From: Octopus vulgaris
Taxonomy: Eukaryota
Assembly (NCBI GenBank): GCA_951406725.2
Contig: OX597818.1
Span: forward strand, 37,386,001 to 37,450,000
Direction of reading: 5' to 3'
DNA: 64,000 nt
Below are positions 62,781 to 64,000 of the stretch, piece by piece. Both the position numbers and the translations under genes were made by a program. The notes under the pieces were generated by a model. That model ran no database searches. It worked only from the letters and a program-made list of their open reading frames with translations, and was not told where the DNA came from. Position 1 is the first letter of the stretch. Each line of letters starts with the position of its first letter.

Positions 62781-64000
62781 TATAACGTCTCTCTGTCACA
62801 CTTTTTATCTATGTTTATATTTCTGTATGTGTGTTTGCCTCTAGTCTCAAATCAAGCTGAATGTCCAGTCAGCTGTGCCAAATTGTCAGCATTCAAACAA
62901 CAGTATCCAATTGTCTCATGAAGTATATTGGCTTCAGTGGACAACTGAAAATGACTAATGAAGTTTGTTTGCTAAGGTATTCAGTATTCACCACACAATA
63001 CACTGTTCTAATTATTCTTTTTGACAAAGTATACAATCTCAAGACACACAGAAGTAAAAATGGAATCTTGTGATGTAAAATGATTTTTAAATTGTATGAT
63101 CATGATGTCACCTACCCGGACAAAGCTGTACATATAATAGAATGATTACTTGATGGAAGTTACTCCAGTACATACCTGATACATTTATATCCCATTTTGG
63201 AGAATTGAAATGCTGAAGTAGTTCCTGGAAAGATTTGAAATTAGAAAAGTAGATGTTCCAGAAGATAAATCTGTGTCATTTAGTCTCAGGATTTTTCTAT
63301 GTTAGGACATCAGAACCTTTTGAGAAAATAAATGAAGAATGACCAAATTCTTTCAAAGCATATTGGTTAATTGCTACTTTTCAGGGTTTATCAGGAGAAA
63401 TATTACTCAGCATCTTGTCATTGTATACAGATCTCAATTCTGCAATATCTTTATAATTTTACCATTATTTTCCACATACCACATTTCTCTTGAATTACGG
63501 GGTTATAAATTAAAAACACAAACCTCATTTGAATGAATAATTATTTTAATTTTTCACTGAGGACGACAGTGCACAAGTATAAACAATCATGAATTGGTTG
63601 TAGGTTTATATACAATAATTTCTTTCTGTATTAAATCTGGGATTTCTACAGCAAGCCATGGTCCCAACTAAGGAAACAAAACAAAAAAAAAAACTGATTA
63701 CTATTGTATGAATATAATGTATTTAAAAGTATTGTGTTTAGCTCCTAATAAGTGATTTAATTCATTAGCATTTAAACTGACCATATCCAGCCAAAATCTG
63801 TTTTATGTTCAAACTGGCCAGATCTAACCCTACAATATCATTCTAAAAATAAACAGCCACATATCAAAATCTTTAAGCCACAAGATATGCATAATCACTT
63901 CAAAACAATGTGAATAAATAAACATTATATATTATTTACATTTGACGGATATTTGTCCTCATCTTGTTTTTGTTGTTAACACAACGTTTCAGCTGATATA

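Noticed and set aside
62061-63073. ORFs 62061-62249 and 62861-63073 as exons or a GIY-YIG remnant (KYIGFSG)
   Set aside because: Only a three-residue resemblance and no consistent splice structure.

Overview
AT-rich, repeat-dense animal genomic DNA. The SINE and LINE families look like those of Octopus (coleoid cephalopod); this assignment is inferred from repeat recognition. I assembled two intact intron-containing genes on the + strand by hand from GT-AG junctions: HINFP (histone H4 transcription factor, 9 coding exons, 18115-39693, 477 aa) and an RBM7/RBM11-family RRM gene (2 exons, 52844-59118, 182 aa). The rest is tRNA-derived SINEs, RTE- and CR1-type LINE fragments, TIR MITEs, a Helitron and decayed transposases. 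The most notable items are: (1) a full-length 5S rRNA copy fused to the 3' tail of the local RTE LINE; (2) tRNA-headed elements carrying hammerhead-ribozyme cores, one forming a zero-spacer ~470-bp palindrome in a HINFP intron; (3) a GTKATCTCCC motif shared by three candidate promoters, with an E2F site at the HINFP one; (4) a Helitron inserted just after a candidate HINFP poly(A) signal. Repeat boundaries are approximate and no database searches were run.
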